A DNA stretch of 64,000 nucleotides from an uncultured virus (IMG/VR IMGVR_UViG_2775506815_000003) (lineage: Duplodnaviria; Heunggongvirae; Uroviricota; Caudoviricetes). The position numbers and the translations under genes were made by a program. How positions within the stretch are numbered: position 1 is the first letter of the stretch; every line of letters starts with the position of its first letter. Below the pieces are notes generated by a model that was given only the letters and a program-made list of their open reading frames with translations, searched no databases and was not told the origin of the DNA. Positions 52,953-64,000 of this stretch are shown here, piece by piece. The DNA lies in the IMG/VR virus record IMGVR_UViG_2775506815_000003, positions 1-64,000 of that record; one strand, written 5' to 3'.

Positions 52953-53363
52953 ATGAACCATAAAACAATTTTTAATGGAATTATAGCAACGGTAGGGACA
53001 GTATTAACTTATTTAATTGGTGGATGGAATGCTTCATTAAAAATATTAGCTGTATTTATAATAAGTGATTATCTAACTGGTATAATGAATGGATTCGTTA
53101 ACAAAAAATTATCCAGTTCAGTTGGATTTAATGGATTATTAAGAAAAGCTGCTATATTTTTTGTGATCATAATAGCTAATCAGTTGGACTTAGCGGTTAA
53201 TAACGATAATAATCTTTTCAGAACCATGGCTTGTTATTTTTATATAGCCAATGAAGGGATTAGTATAACAGAAAATTTAGCTATGCTAGGTGTTACATTA
53301 CCAGACTTTATGGTAAATGCTTTGAATAAGTTAAAAGAAGAAAGCAACGATATTATAAAATAA
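52953..53363 (+). CDS. Phage holin (holin 4 family)
   Basis: GGW, DYLTG, LSS.VG..G..RK, NEGISI.EN; RBS supports start 52953. Confidence 0.9.
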   Translation: MNHKTIFNGIIATVGTVLTYLIGGWNASLKILAVFIISDYLTGIMNGFVNKKLSSSVGFNGLLRKAAIFFVIIIANQLDLAVNNDNNLFRTMACYFYIANEGISITENLAMLGVTLPDFMVNALNKLKEESNDIIK

Positions 53364-53465
53364 AAAGTATTTTATTTAAAATCTTATACAAATATAGTAA
53401 ATAAGGTACCTTTGCCCCATATTAAGCAAAGGTACCTTTTAATATTAAATTAGGAGGTATTAATT

Positions 53466-54716
53466 ATGGTAAAAGTATTTTTAGATCCAGGACATGGAGG
53501 TAGTGATCCGGGAGCTTTAGGAAATGGTTTGAGGGAAAAAGACATAGCTCTATCAGCAACATTGAAAATAGGAGAAATCCTAAAAAATCATAATGTGGAA
53601 GTATATTATTCAAGAACAACAGATGTCTTTATAGAATTATCAGAAAGAGCTAGAAAAGCAAACAATATTGGTACAAATATTTTTGTTTCAATACATTGTA
53701 ATGCATATGATGGAACTGCTAAAGGTGTAGAAACTTATAGTTATCCAGGTGCCGTACAAGGTGCTAAATTATCAAAAAATATTCTTGATAGCATAATTGC
53801 TAGTGGAGTATATGCATCTAACAGAGGAACTAAAACAGCCAACTTTGCAGTACTAAGAGAAACCAATATGACAGCTGCATTAGTCGAAATGGCTTTTATA
53901 GATAATCCTCAAGATGCTGATATACTAAAATATAGGCAAGATGATTTAGCTAAAGCAATATCAAAAGGAATTTTGAATTATTTAGGTATTAAATATGTAG
54001 CTAATAATAAAGAGGAAACAAAAAAAACTCCTATTATTGGAAAAGCAACTGCAACAGTAGAGCAAATGAAAAAATGGGCTATGGACAAAGGTGCAAATCA
54101 AAAGTTTATTGATTTAGCGCCTTTGTTTTACTCAATATCTAATAAAGCTGGAATAAATCCCATAGTGACATATACACAAAGCGCCAAAGAGACAGGTTAT
54201 ATGAAGTTCGGAGGAGTATTAGATATAACATACAACAATCCATGTGGAATGAAGATATTAGCTGGTGGTGGAGACAAAGATCCTAATGCACACAAAAGGT
54301 TTGAGAACTGGGAAGAAGGAATACAGGCTCAAGTAGATCATTTAGCTTTATATGCTGGAGCTAACGGATACCCAAAATCTAATACTCCAGACCCTAGGCA
54401 CTTTCCTTATTTAAAAGGTAGTGCTGCTACAGTCGAAAGTTTAGGTGGTAAATGGGCCCCAAGCTCCAGTTATGGAACTGATATTGCAAAAATGATAAAG
54501 GAAGTTGAGAACACAAAAGTTCCAAGTATGGAAGAGGCAAAAGAAGAAAAACAACTTAATAAAATAAAAATAGATCTTCATGGCAAACAACTAGAAGTAA
54601 AAGGCATTTATGAAGAAGGGGCTAACTATATACCAGTTAGATTTTTAGAAAACCTAGGATATAAAATAGATTGGAAAAATGGAGCTGTGACGATAAATTA
54701 CAAGGAAGATAAGTAA
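53466..54716 (+). CDS. Endolysin: amidase_3 plus glucosaminidase-like domain
   Basis: LDPGHGG.DPGA, SIHCNA, LVEMAF; QSAKETG, NNPCG. Confidence 0.9.
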   Translation: MVKVFLDPGHGGSDPGALGNGLREKDIALSATLKIGEILKNHNVEVYYSRTTDVFIELSERARKANNIGTNIFVSIHCNAYDGTAKGVETYSYPGAVQGAKLSKNILDSIIASGVYASNRGTKTANFAVLRETNMTAALVEMAFIDNPQDADILKYRQDDLAKAISKGILNYLGIKYVANNKEETKKTPIIGKATATVEQMKKWAMDKGANQKFIDLAPLFYSISNKAGINPIVTYTQSAKETGYMKFGGVLDITYNNPCGMKILAGGGDKDPNAHKRFENWEEGIQAQVDHLALYAGANGYPKSNTPDPRHFPYLKGSAATVESLGGKWAPSSSYGTDIAKMIKEVENTKVPSMEEAKEEKQLNKIKIDLHGKQLEVKGIYEEGANYIPVRFLENLGYKIDWKNGAVTINYKEDK

Positions 54717-54792
54717 AAAAAATTAGGTCCAAAACTGCTAAAATAGTTTTTATCTTATAAATAAAATAGACAGAAAGAAGTGTGAAGCAAAT

Positions 54793-55032
54793 ATGAATTT
54801 AGTAAATATTACAGACTTAAATCTTATAGTATTTCTAGTATCGAAAGGTCATGAAATAAAAAACAGTAAGTTAGATGGCAATAGAAGCATAATATATTTT
54901 GAAAGAAACCCAAAACTTAGATCAGATATTATAAAATTTGCAAATGGTACTGAAAGTATTAATATAACAGAGTATCAAGCAACAGAGCAAAGGGTTAAAA
55001 CACTTTTATATCAAAATAAAAACTATAAATAA
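54793..55032 (+). CDS. Small hypothetical protein (DUF5659-like)
   Basis: I.DL.L..FL..KG..YF. Confidence 0.5.
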   Translation: MNLVNITDLNLIVFLVSKGHEIKNSKLDGNRSIIYFERNPKLRSDIIKFANGTESINITEYQATEQRVKTLLYQNKNYK

Positions 55033-55127
55033 ATTTAATGTAATTTTAATTTATATCCAAAACTACTTTCAACTTTAAACTTTCATATGCAACTTTCAAC
55101 TATTTGAAATAGTTGGAGGTTGTTAGT

Positions 55128-56159
55128 ATGGAAAGTATAAAAGTATTATCATTGTTTTCAGGAATAGGAGCATTTGAAAAGGCATTAACAAATTTAGACA
55201 TTAACTATGAAATAGTAAATTATTGCGAAATAGATAAGTATGCAAGTCATGCTTATAGCGTGATACACGCTGTAAGTGAAGATTTAAATTTAAAAGATAT
55301 CACTAAGATAGATATAGGATGTCTACCTTATTGTGATTTGATAACCCATGGATCGCCTTGTCAAGATTTCTCTGTATCGGGAGAAAATAAAGGTGGAGAT
55401 GAGGGAAGTAATACAAGATCAAGTTTAATGTGGAATACTGTAAGCATAGTAAAACACATTAGACCTCGATATGTGGTGTGGGAGAATGTAAAAAATGTAC
55501 TATCTAAGACACATGAACATAATTTTGATAAATATATTAATACTCTTAGAAAACTAGGCTATAACAATTATTATAAAGTATTAAATGCTAAAGATTTTAA
55601 CATACCCCAAAATAGGGAACGTATATTTGTAGTGTCTGTTCGGAATGATGTTAAGATATCAGATACTTGGATAGAAGATATAAATACTAAGGAACTGAGT
55701 ATGTGCTTAAAAGATATAATAGAACCTATAGAAATGGTTCCAGAAAAATATTATTTAAGTGAGAGTGTAACTAGTAAGTTAATATATAGACAAAATACTA
55801 CGGCCAAGAGTGGAATTACAATAGTAGGAGATTTAAATAATAGTGAACTAAAAATGAATAAACGCATATTTTCAACATTAGGCATATGTTCTACTATCCT
55901 TACCACTAATCCACCTAAAATATATATAGAAACTCCTACTGATACTGGATATAAAATCAGAAAGCTAATGCCAGTAGAGTGTTGGCGGTTGATGGGTTTC
56001 AGTGATAAGGATTATTGGAGGGTAAAGGAGACACTAGAGAAAACATTTTATAAAGGGAAAGATAGGACAGACAGTCAAATGTATAAAATGGCAGGAAATT
56101 CCATAGTGGTAAATGTATTAGAGTCTATATTTAAAAGTTTATTAATAGACCAGGATTAA
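55128..56159 (+). CDS. Orphan C5-cytosine DNA methyltransferase
   Basis: FSGIG, GSPCQDFS, ENV, QNRER, GNSI. Confidence 0.93.
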   Translation: MESIKVLSLFSGIGAFEKALTNLDINYEIVNYCEIDKYASHAYSVIHAVSEDLNLKDITKIDIGCLPYCDLITHGSPCQDFSVSGENKGGDEGSNTRSSLMWNTVSIVKHIRPRYVVWENVKNVLSKTHEHNFDKYINTLRKLGYNNYYKVLNAKDFNIPQNRERIFVVSVRNDVKISDTWIEDINTKELSMCLKDIIEPIEMVPEKYYLSESVTSKLIYRQNTTAKSGITIVGDLNNSELKMNKRIFSTLGICSTILTTNPPKIYIETPTDTGYKIRKLMPVECWRLMGFSDKDYWRVKETLEKTFYKGKDRTDSQMYKMAGNSIVVNVLESIFKSLLIDQD

Positions 56160-56175
56160 GTTCCTGGTCTTTTTT
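56146..56175 (+). terminator. Intrinsic terminator
   Basis: AGACCAGGA/TCCTGGTCT plus T run. Confidence 0.75.
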
Positions 56176-56348
56176 ATTTTTTGCATTCTATTTAAATATT
56201 CTGAAATATATTGAGGCAATACAAGAAAAATTATCTTTACATTTAGCCTAGAACAAGCTTTTATAATAGCACTAATAGAATTCCTATAGTACCATTATAT
56301 AATCGCTGCAATGGCCTATAAAAGCCTAATATGAGGAAAATGCTCTAT

Positions 56349-56834
56349 TTAAAAGATATTTTTATAAATTTCATAAAAATGAGAAGAATCATCTAATAAA
56401 TGACGAATATTTTTGTAATTTTGCCTTGCCGGAGGAGATTCTTCCTTCTCCCATCTAGAAATAGTTTTTCTATGAACATTTAATAAATCTCCTAATTTCT
56501 TTTGGGTTAAATTCAAATTCATTCTTATACTTATAATTTTATTACCATAATCACTACTAATAAAATTAAAATAATCATCATATACAATTGAAGGTTTTAC
56601 TTTAAGGGCTATACAAATTTTATTTATAATATCTATAGAATGCTCTACTAAATTATTTTCATATCTAATTATAGTAGCTCTATCTAAATTGGATTTAGTG
56701 GCTAATTCTTCTTGAGTAAAATTATTAAGTAGTCTATAATATTTGATACGAGAGCCTATAGTAGATAAATCAGAAATACCCTTTAATAAATTTTGATTGT
56801 GATTAAATGTTTCCGTAGTGATACTATTGCCAAT
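56349..56834 (-). CDS. Start-less double XRE-HTH reading frame running into the att site
   Basis: IGSRIKYYRLLNNFTQEELA..DRATIIRYE and LTQKKLG..HRKTISRWE; no ATG/GTG/TTG before first HTH. Confidence 0.75.
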   Translation of the reverse strand: MGNSITTETFNHNQNLLKGISDLSTIGSRIKYYRLLNNFTQEELATKSNLDRATIIRYENNLVEHSIDIINKICIALKVKPSIVYDDYFNFISSDYGNKIISIRMNLNLTQKKLGDLLNVHRKTISRWEKEESPPARQNYKNIRHLLDDSSHFYEIYKNIF

Positions 56835-56852
56835 GAAATATTGATGACTATA
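56814..56852. other. attR-like site of element 1 (crossover GA at 56835-56836)
   Basis: AATGA core; TAGTGAT/ATGACTA inverted arms 12 and 7 nt from centre. Confidence 0.65.
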
Positions 56853-56924
56853 AGGGCTAATAAAAAATCCAAAATAGAGGTATCATTACAAGAGCCTATA
56901 GGAGTAGATAAAGAAGGCAATGAA
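56832..56924 (+). CDS. sigK: Internal fragment of pro-sigmaK (split gene segment)
   Basis: NEILMTIRANKKSKIEVSLQEPIGVDKEGNE matches SigK region 2.4-3 (PIGxDKEGNE; SigE has PLNIDWDGNE); similarity stops at both AATGA. Confidence 0.9.
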
Positions 56925-56946
56925 TTACCCTTAACGGTTTATCTAT
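56904..56946. other. attL-like site of element 2 (crossover GA at 56922-56923)
   Basis: AAT-GA-ATT core; TAGATAAA/TTTATCTA arms 9 and 14 nt from centre. Confidence 0.75.
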
Positions 56947-56989
56947 CTTCAAGGGTACATATTGAAAAATACATAAGTATAGGGTTTGT

Positions 56990-58537
56990 CTATTTAGGCA
57001 GCTTTGGAAACAAAGTTAGAGTAAATTGGTCATTTCTTTGCTCTTTTTCTTTTTCATATACGGCAGAATCTAATACAGACTTAAGTAGTTTATTTTTCCT
57101 TTCTGGATCATCAGTCTTAGGGTATAGGTCCAATACCTTTTTTACCTTAGGAATTATATTTCGTTGAGCATCAATTCTTTTTTCTTCATTTTTTATATTT
57201 TTAGAAGTATTCTCTATGTTGAATTTAGTGTCATCAATCCTTTGAGCTAATAACTGTGACCTTTCTAAATAAGTATTTACATCATAAATTCCTCTTTCAA
57301 GTAAATCGTGTAAATTGTTTTTCTGCTTTTCTAATTCTTCTAATTCATTTTTTAGTCTGCTTAGGGAAAGTTTATGCATTCTTAAAGTATTGTTTGCTTT
57401 AGATTTATTTTCCTTGTCTTCTACATTGTCCCATTCAGCTTTATATTCTTCTAGCCATTCCTCTAGTCCTTTGAGAAGTCTTTGTTCTACAAACTTAAAC
57501 TTAGAACTTTTATTGTTACAACTAGTGTTATAACAGACTATATGAGGGTCTATATTGTTGGTATATGGTCTATACACCATAGAAGAACCACATTTTGAAC
57601 AAATGATAATACCAGCCAAAGGATTAGTTATTTTAGTTTTATATGGCACATGGCTTCTCTTTTTAAGGATTTCTTGAGCTTTATCAAATATATCATTACT
57701 TATTAATGGTTCATGTTTACCTTTTACACTTATCCATTCTTCACGGGGTAAACTTTTTACTTCTTTTATTTGTTCAGGATTATCAGATTTTTTATATACT
57801 TTCTTTCTCCATTGAATCTTTCCAACATATACTTCATTCTTAATGATATTTAGGACCAAGTGACTGGACCAGTTTTTTCCCGTGTATGTTTTATACCCTA
57901 GCTCGTTCAATTTATTAGCAATTTTACCGCCGCCCATGTTGTGGTTTGCATATAAATCAAATATCATTTTAACAATAGGTGCTTGTTCTGGATGTGGAGT
58001 TAGAGTTCTGGTTTTCCCTTCACAGACGATTTCATATCCAAAGGGAGGTAATGGTCCTAAAAAGTTTCCATCTTCTATAGAACGAACTCTGCCACGTTGT
58101 AAACGTCTATTTATTATTTTTAATTCCTTCCTAGCCATAAAAGCTTCAAACTCAGAATATTCTTCGTCAAATTCATCTTGAAGGTCATAAGTTTTTCTAG
58201 GAGTAATAATTTTTGTGTTAGATTCTTTGAAAGTTTCTAGTATTAAACCTTGCTCCTGCATATTGCCACGACCTAATCTATCCATGTCCATTACTAGAAC
58301 TGCATCGTATTCTTTATTCTTGACTTCTTTTAGTAATTCAAGCATTTCAGGTCTATGAACTAAACTCTCCCCAGAAACTATTTCTTCACGAATCCTTAAT
58401 ATATTAAGGCCTTTCTCCTTGGCCACTTTAAGCAATATTTTTTTATGTTTAGCTAAAGTTTCACCTTCACCATACTTTTCAGCTTCTTCATCAGCCCTAG
58501 ACTTACGAAGATACATGCAAATACGATCCATAGTCAT
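56990..58537 (-). CDS. Large serine recombinase of element 2
   Basis: MYLRKSR, EEIVSGE, DMDRLGRG, LAGIIICSKCG, coiled coil; intact 515 aa. Confidence 0.95.
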   Translation of the reverse strand: MTMDRICMYLRKSRADEEAEKYGEGETLAKHKKILLKVAKEKGLNILRIREEIVSGESLVHRPEMLELLKEVKNKEYDAVLVMDMDRLGRGNMQEQGLILETFKESNTKIITPRKTYDLQDEFDEEYSEFEAFMARKELKIINRRLQRGRVRSIEDGNFLGPLPPFGYEIVCEGKTRTLTPHPEQAPIVKMIFDLYANHNMGGGKIANKLNELGYKTYTGKNWSSHLVLNIIKNEVYVGKIQWRKKVYKKSDNPEQIKEVKSLPREEWISVKGKHEPLISNDIFDKAQEILKKRSHVPYKTKITNPLAGIIICSKCGSSMVYRPYTNNIDPHIVCYNTSCNNKSSKFKFVEQRLLKGLEEWLEEYKAEWDNVEDKENKSKANNTLRMHKLSLSRLKNELEELEKQKNNLHDLLERGIYDVNTYLERSQLLAQRIDDTKFNIENTSKNIKNEEKRIDAQRNIIPKVKKVLDLYPKTDDPERKNKLLKSVLDSAVYEKEKEQRNDQFTLTLFPKLPK

Positions 58538-58539
58538 AA

Positions 58540-58582
58540 AATCACCTCATTGGTATTTATATGTTTATTATATTGGAATATT
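58540..58582 (-). promoter_or_regulatory. Putative sigmaE-type promoter and RBS of recombinase 2
   Basis: 38/39 identical to 1641-1679; CATATAAAT -10, GAGGTGA RBS. Confidence 0.6.
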
Positions 58583-58793
58583 GGGGAAAAGGAAAGTAGT
58601 TTAGTTGAAGTTATGTGGAATAGGCCTACAATAAGTGAAATATATGTTCTTTTGTTATTATGGCGTATTTAAATTAAAATGTAGAAATAAATAAAATAAT
58701 TTACTTTTAACTATGAAATAATATTTTTTAAGAATAAAGTTCCTTTTGAGTACATAATATTATATAATGATCATGACAAGGAGGGATAATAAA

Positions 58794-58931
58794 ATGAAAG
58801 AGCTTATTTGTACAACTTTATTGACAATAATTACCTATACCGCTACGCAGTTTTTCTCCATAAATAATTCAGCTTTGGAAGCGTTGGTAAATTCAATCCA
58901 GTTGTTATCCCAATCTTTTTTATGTGGGTAA
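58794..58931 (+). CDS. 45-aa hydrophobic peptide
   Basis: AAGGAGGG RBS; MKELICTTLLTIITYTATQFF... Confidence 0.5.
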   Translation: MKELICTTLLTIITYTATQFFSINNSALEALVNSIQLLSQSFLCG

Positions 58932-59006
58932 GAGTTCCTAAAAATTATCTAAAAGTTATGTGTTTTAAAAGCGTAAATATAAAATATCTAATAAATATTA
59001 AATTAG

Positions 59007-59357
59007 ATGATTGCAAAATCTCTGATACTCATTTTTACTCATTTTAGAGAAATTAGGCAGGATTTATTGATGTTAGATCAAACAAATGATAGTAGAATAC
59101 TCAAACAGAATTTTGGAGATATAATGTATTTGTCTACTATTGAAGTAAATAATGGAATAATTGATTTGTCATATTATATTGATGAGGGAAGCTTAATTAT
59201 TCAATCTAAAAATAGAGTTAAATATAAGGTATTCTTTAGAATATCCGAAGACCTTTTTCAAAAAGTAAATTCAGTGTTTACTGATAATAAAGGTATTTCA
59301 TATAACAGTGATAGCGTGAAAAATAATTCGAAGCAAAGCAAAAATGAGTATACTTAA
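59007..59357 (+). CDS. Hypothetical protein
   Basis: ORF only. Confidence 0.35.
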   Translation: MIAKSLILIFTHFREIRQDLLMLDQTNDSRILKQNFGDIMYLSTIEVNNGIIDLSYYIDEGSLIIQSKNRVKYKVFFRISEDLFQKVNSVFTDNKGISYNSDSVKNNSKQSKNEYT

Positions 59358-59404
59358 TAAAGGCCTATAAAGGTCTCAAAAATTAAGTTTAATTTTGTTT
59401 ATAG

Positions 59405-60662
59405 CTATGCCACAGAAATATCCGTATCTTTTATAATACCATTAGAGATTAATAGTTTTATAGCTTGATTAAGGGCTTTCTCTTTTTGTTTATTCATTAA
59501 TTCTTGTGGCATATCAATTTTATATAGATCAGAAGGATTCCATACTTCCTCTGTTACAAACATATTATAAATAGCAGTTAGTATCATCCTCGCTATAACG
59601 ATAATTGCTCTCTTTTTTCCTCTCCTTTTGTAAATGCATTCATATTTATTTTTGTAGTAAGGAGATTTGTCCGATTTAACGGCAGTATGGGCAACTTGTA
59701 CCAATGCTGGTTTGAGGTAAACTCCAGCACGTGTAATTCGAACAGATTTCTTCTTACCAGCAGATTCATTGTTGCCTGGTGTTAAACCAACCCGGCAACA
59801 CAAACGCTTAGAGCTGGAAAATTGAGACATACCAATACCAATCTCAGAAATAATAGTGATAGCTGAGTCCCTTTTGACCCCGGGAATGGTACATAAAATA
59901 TTTACATGATTTTCATAGGGCATAATCATCTTATTTAAATTTTCATCAATCTCTGCAATTGATGAAGTGACATAATTAAGATGTGATCTAACCATTAATA
60001 TGCGTTCTTTTTGTTCTTGTGTCATTTGGTAACCTTCAATAGATTCAATTACTAGATCTGCTTTTTTCTTTAAGCTTTTTTGTAAAAGTGAAGTACAATA
60101 GTCTGGGTTAAATGAATCTGAAGAAATTAGATAGTCTGTGATGGAAGTGGCAGATTTGCCAAACATGTCGGAAACGACAGCATCAAAGGCTACATTACCA
60201 ACAGTGAAAGCATTTTGAAATCTATTTTTTTCACTACTTCTACAAGAAACAAGTTTTGAACGATGACGAGTATATTCACGAAGAATACTAATTGGCTTAC
60301 TGGGGATATAAACTTCCAGATACTAAACCTAAACGAAACAGATCACCAATCCATTTAGAATCTTTGACATCATCCTTATTACCTTTTATTGCTTTAACCC
60401 ATTTAGGGTTAGCAATGGTTACGTTGATAGTGTCCTCTAAAATGTTAAAAACAGGTATCCAATACTTTCCTGTAGATTCCATGTATACATCATAGCAGTT
60501 GTTATCAATAAGCCATTGCTTAAATTGTAAGATGGAATTATTAAAAGTAGAGAATCTCTTTTTTGAATAATGTGGGGTAATCCCCTGTGAAATGATGATT
60601 GTGGCAACGAGAAAAGTTTTATGCACATCGACACCACAACAAATAGGATAAACAACTTTCAT
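59405..60662 (-). pseudogene. IS110-family transposase, frameshifted near 60300
   Basis: GVDVHK, MESTG.YW, K.D..D; TIPGV, GLTP..ESAG; one-base shift joins the two ORFs. Confidence 0.9.
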
Positions 60663-60783
60663 AGCACAGCCTCCTTTTAAGATAATGAGGAGAAGACATT
60701 GACTGAATCGTCACACATATAACTATTAGCTAAAGCAATGATTAGCGTGCGGACTTTTAGTACCAATTATTTGTGCTTGAAAG

Positions 60784-61467
60784 ATGGTTCTTATTAATAG
60801 TGATAAAAGTGAGCAAAAAGATTTCCAATATGATTTATTTCCGGCGCTAAAGAAGAGCTTGACACAATTAAATAAGGATAGGAAAATAGATTTAATTCTC
60901 TTATCTGGCGATTTAATTGATAAGAGAGGAAGGGGATTTGAAAATATAGATGTAGCATTTAATCGATTTAGAAAAGAATTTATATTGCCTATTAGTGAAG
61001 AGTTGAATATCCCAGAGAATTTATTTATACTAACTCCAGGTAATCATGATGTTGATCGAACTAAAATTAACCCTAATACAGATAGGGGTCTTAAAATTAA
61101 CCTACAAAATACAGATGTTGTTAATAGGGAGATTGAAGAAAATAATCCTGATAATATAAGGGGTATATTGTCATATAAAAATTTTGAAAGAGAATTTTAT
61201 AAAGATAGTGATAATTCAATAATAACTGATTTTCATTCATCACACATAATAAATATAGATGGATTGAGGTTTAGTATATCTTGTATAAACTCAGCATGGA
61301 CATGTTATGAATCAGATGAAACAGATAGGCTGATTATAGGAGATAGACAAATAAGTAATGCATATAACGAAATTAAAGATTGTGATGTTAAGATAGCTTT
61401 GATGCATCATCATTTTGATTTACTAATAAAGTTTGATAAGCGTGATGTAAAAAATAAAATTGGATAG
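60784..61467 (+). pseudogene. Metallophosphoesterase fragment, truncated by flanking IS elements
   Basis: LSGDL, PGNHDVDR, NSAW, MHH; lacks N-terminal DxH motif; ends in IS3 IRL. Confidence 0.75.
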
Positions 61468-61529
61468 GTTACACTTAATAGGACAGATCTTTACTTAACA
61501 TGGTACAATAAAATCAGGAGGAGATTTTA

Positions 61530-61804
61530 ATGACCAGGAAACGTTATGATGAAGATTTTAAAAGACAGTTAGTAAAGATCTATAACCAAGGAAATCACAG
61601 CTATAGAAGCCTTGCTGATGAATATGGTGTAGCTGCCCCTACTATCAGAACATGGGTAATGAGATATAATAATTCCCAGTCTTTTAATATAGAAGAAAAT
61701 AGAACTGAAGAAGATAGAGAATTAATAGAGCTTAGAAAGAAAGTAAAACAACTGGAAATGGAGAATGATATCTTAAAGCAGGCAGCACTACTACTAGGCA
61801 AAAA

Positions 61805-61808
<4 letters not shown>
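61530..61808 (+). CDS. IS3 OrfA
   Basis: [27 protein letters not shown]. Confidence 0.85.
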
Positions 61809-62667
<859 letters not shown>

Positions 62668-62768
62668 TTTTAAATAAAATCTATGTTAAGTATGATTTTA
62701 TCTAAAAAGGGGTTGCCAATCCAGTATTTAATCCTATTGGTTCATTAAGTATAAATAATATTCAATCA

Positions 62769-64000
62769 TTGTTATCAATCAATGGACATCAATTACGACT
62801 TCCTAGGATTGAAATTAAAATGAATAGCATAAGAGATCAAATAATTATAAATAATAATAAAATTCAACTAATTAATAAAGAGTTTGCAGATTATGTTGTC
62901 AGCTATTATTTTAGCAAAAAAGATGTCAAAGAATTTATAAAATGTATTTTTGATTGGTTTGCACATGGCCAAGAAGTAGAGTATGCTCTAATTGGAGACT
63001 TCTTAAGATATGGTAAAAGATATGAAAAAATGAACTACATAAAAATCGAAGAGTTATTAGATAGGTTTATTAACAAAAAATATGAATTAGGAGATGCAAA
63101 CTCTTTATTCAAATTAGGCATATATATTTATTATGAATATGCAGAAATGAAAAATTATGCTATTAAACTTCTTGAAAAAGCTAATGATATGAATAATTTA
63201 GATGCTAAAGCTGCATTAGGAATTTGTTATTTAGATGGAAGTAACTTAAATGAAATTAATAAAGTAAGAGGCGAAAAATTATTAAGAGAAGTAGTTGTAT
63301 TAGATAACATTAAGGCTAAAGAAATATTAGGTAACATGTTAATTAAAGGAAATATAATAAAGAGGAATGAGATTGAAGGGGAGAAGCTTTTAGAAGAAGC
63401 TACTCTAAAAGGGAGTAATTTTGCTAAATATACATTAGCTGTGAGAACATTATTTGGGTATGGTATAAAAGCTGATTCAGACAAAGGAAAGAAATCACTT
63501 TATGAATTAATAGAGGAAAATGATACTAAAGCAATGATTGCACTTGGGGAAGCGCTAATAGACGGAATTGGTAGTAGTTTTAATGTAGACGAAGGAATAA
63601 AGTTATTGAATAATGCCATTGATCTAGGAAATAATAGAGCAAAATTATATTTAGCATGTAGATTTGTTTTAGGTGAAGGAGTAGAGCAAGATTGTAGAAA
63701 AGGAATAAGAATGGTTGAAGAACTAGCTGAAAAGGGAGAGACAGATGCTAAACTTTATCTAGCGAATTATTAATTAAAGGAAGATATGTAGATAAAAACG
63801 TTGAAAAAGGCTTAGATATATTAAAAAAATTGATGAGAGGTAATAATACAGATGCTATCATTGTATACTCTAAATTACTTATAGAAGGAAAAGGGATTAA
63901 TCAGGACATTAATGAAGGAATTAAGTTATTAGAAGATCTAGTAGAGAAAGATAATTTAGATGCTATCCATGAATTAGGCAAGTTATTAATAGATGATGAA
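62769..64000 (+). pseudogene. SEL1/TPR-repeat protein, frameshift near 63770, continues past window
   Basis: Repeating A...LG..L..G.G...D..G..LL..A; repeats resume in another frame after the stop. Confidence 0.75.

Larger units (their letters stand above)
1..56836. mobile_element. Prophage (siphovirus-like, skin-like element 1) inserted in sigK; left att site just outside window
   Basis: Ordered integrase, immunity, replication, packaging, head, tail and lysis modules; ends at AATGA junction with sigK fragment. Confidence 0.93.

Noticed and set aside
56832..56924. Fragment as sigE, or as a phage-encoded sigma factor
   Set aside because: PIGVDKEGNE is SigK-type; no start or flanking sigma sequence
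56793..57167. 124-aa ORF as a real gene
   Set aside because: Chimera: only 31 codons are SigK; the rest is att arm and antisense of the recombinase
56990..58537. Second recombinase as part of the first prophage
   Set aside because: Separated from it by host sigK sequence with its own att-like site

Overview
Low-GC spore-forming Firmicute (clostridial-type) DNA. Positions 1 to ~56,835 are an apparently complete siphovirus-like prophage: large serine recombinase, accessory genes, CI/Cro switch, replication, PBSX/skin-like head, tail, lysis and an orphan methyltransferase. From ~56,923 a second, decaying element begins, with its own intact serine recombinase followed by IS110, IS3 and pseudogenes. 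Between the two lies a 31-codon internal piece of the sporulation sigma factor gene sigK (NEILMTIRANKKSKIEVSLQEPIGVDKEGNE), bounded on both sides by AATGA-centred att-like sites. I infer that sigK is split into at least three pieces by two tandem skin-like elements, both of which must excise. The two divergent recombinases share a 38/39-bp upstream sequence resembling a mother-cell sigmaE promoter. A matching promoter precedes a 59-aa candidate directionality factor, and a start-less double-HTH gene runs into the right att site. The outer sigK pieces and outer att sites lie outside the window, so the model cannot be fully closed here. All family assignments are by motif recognition, not database search.
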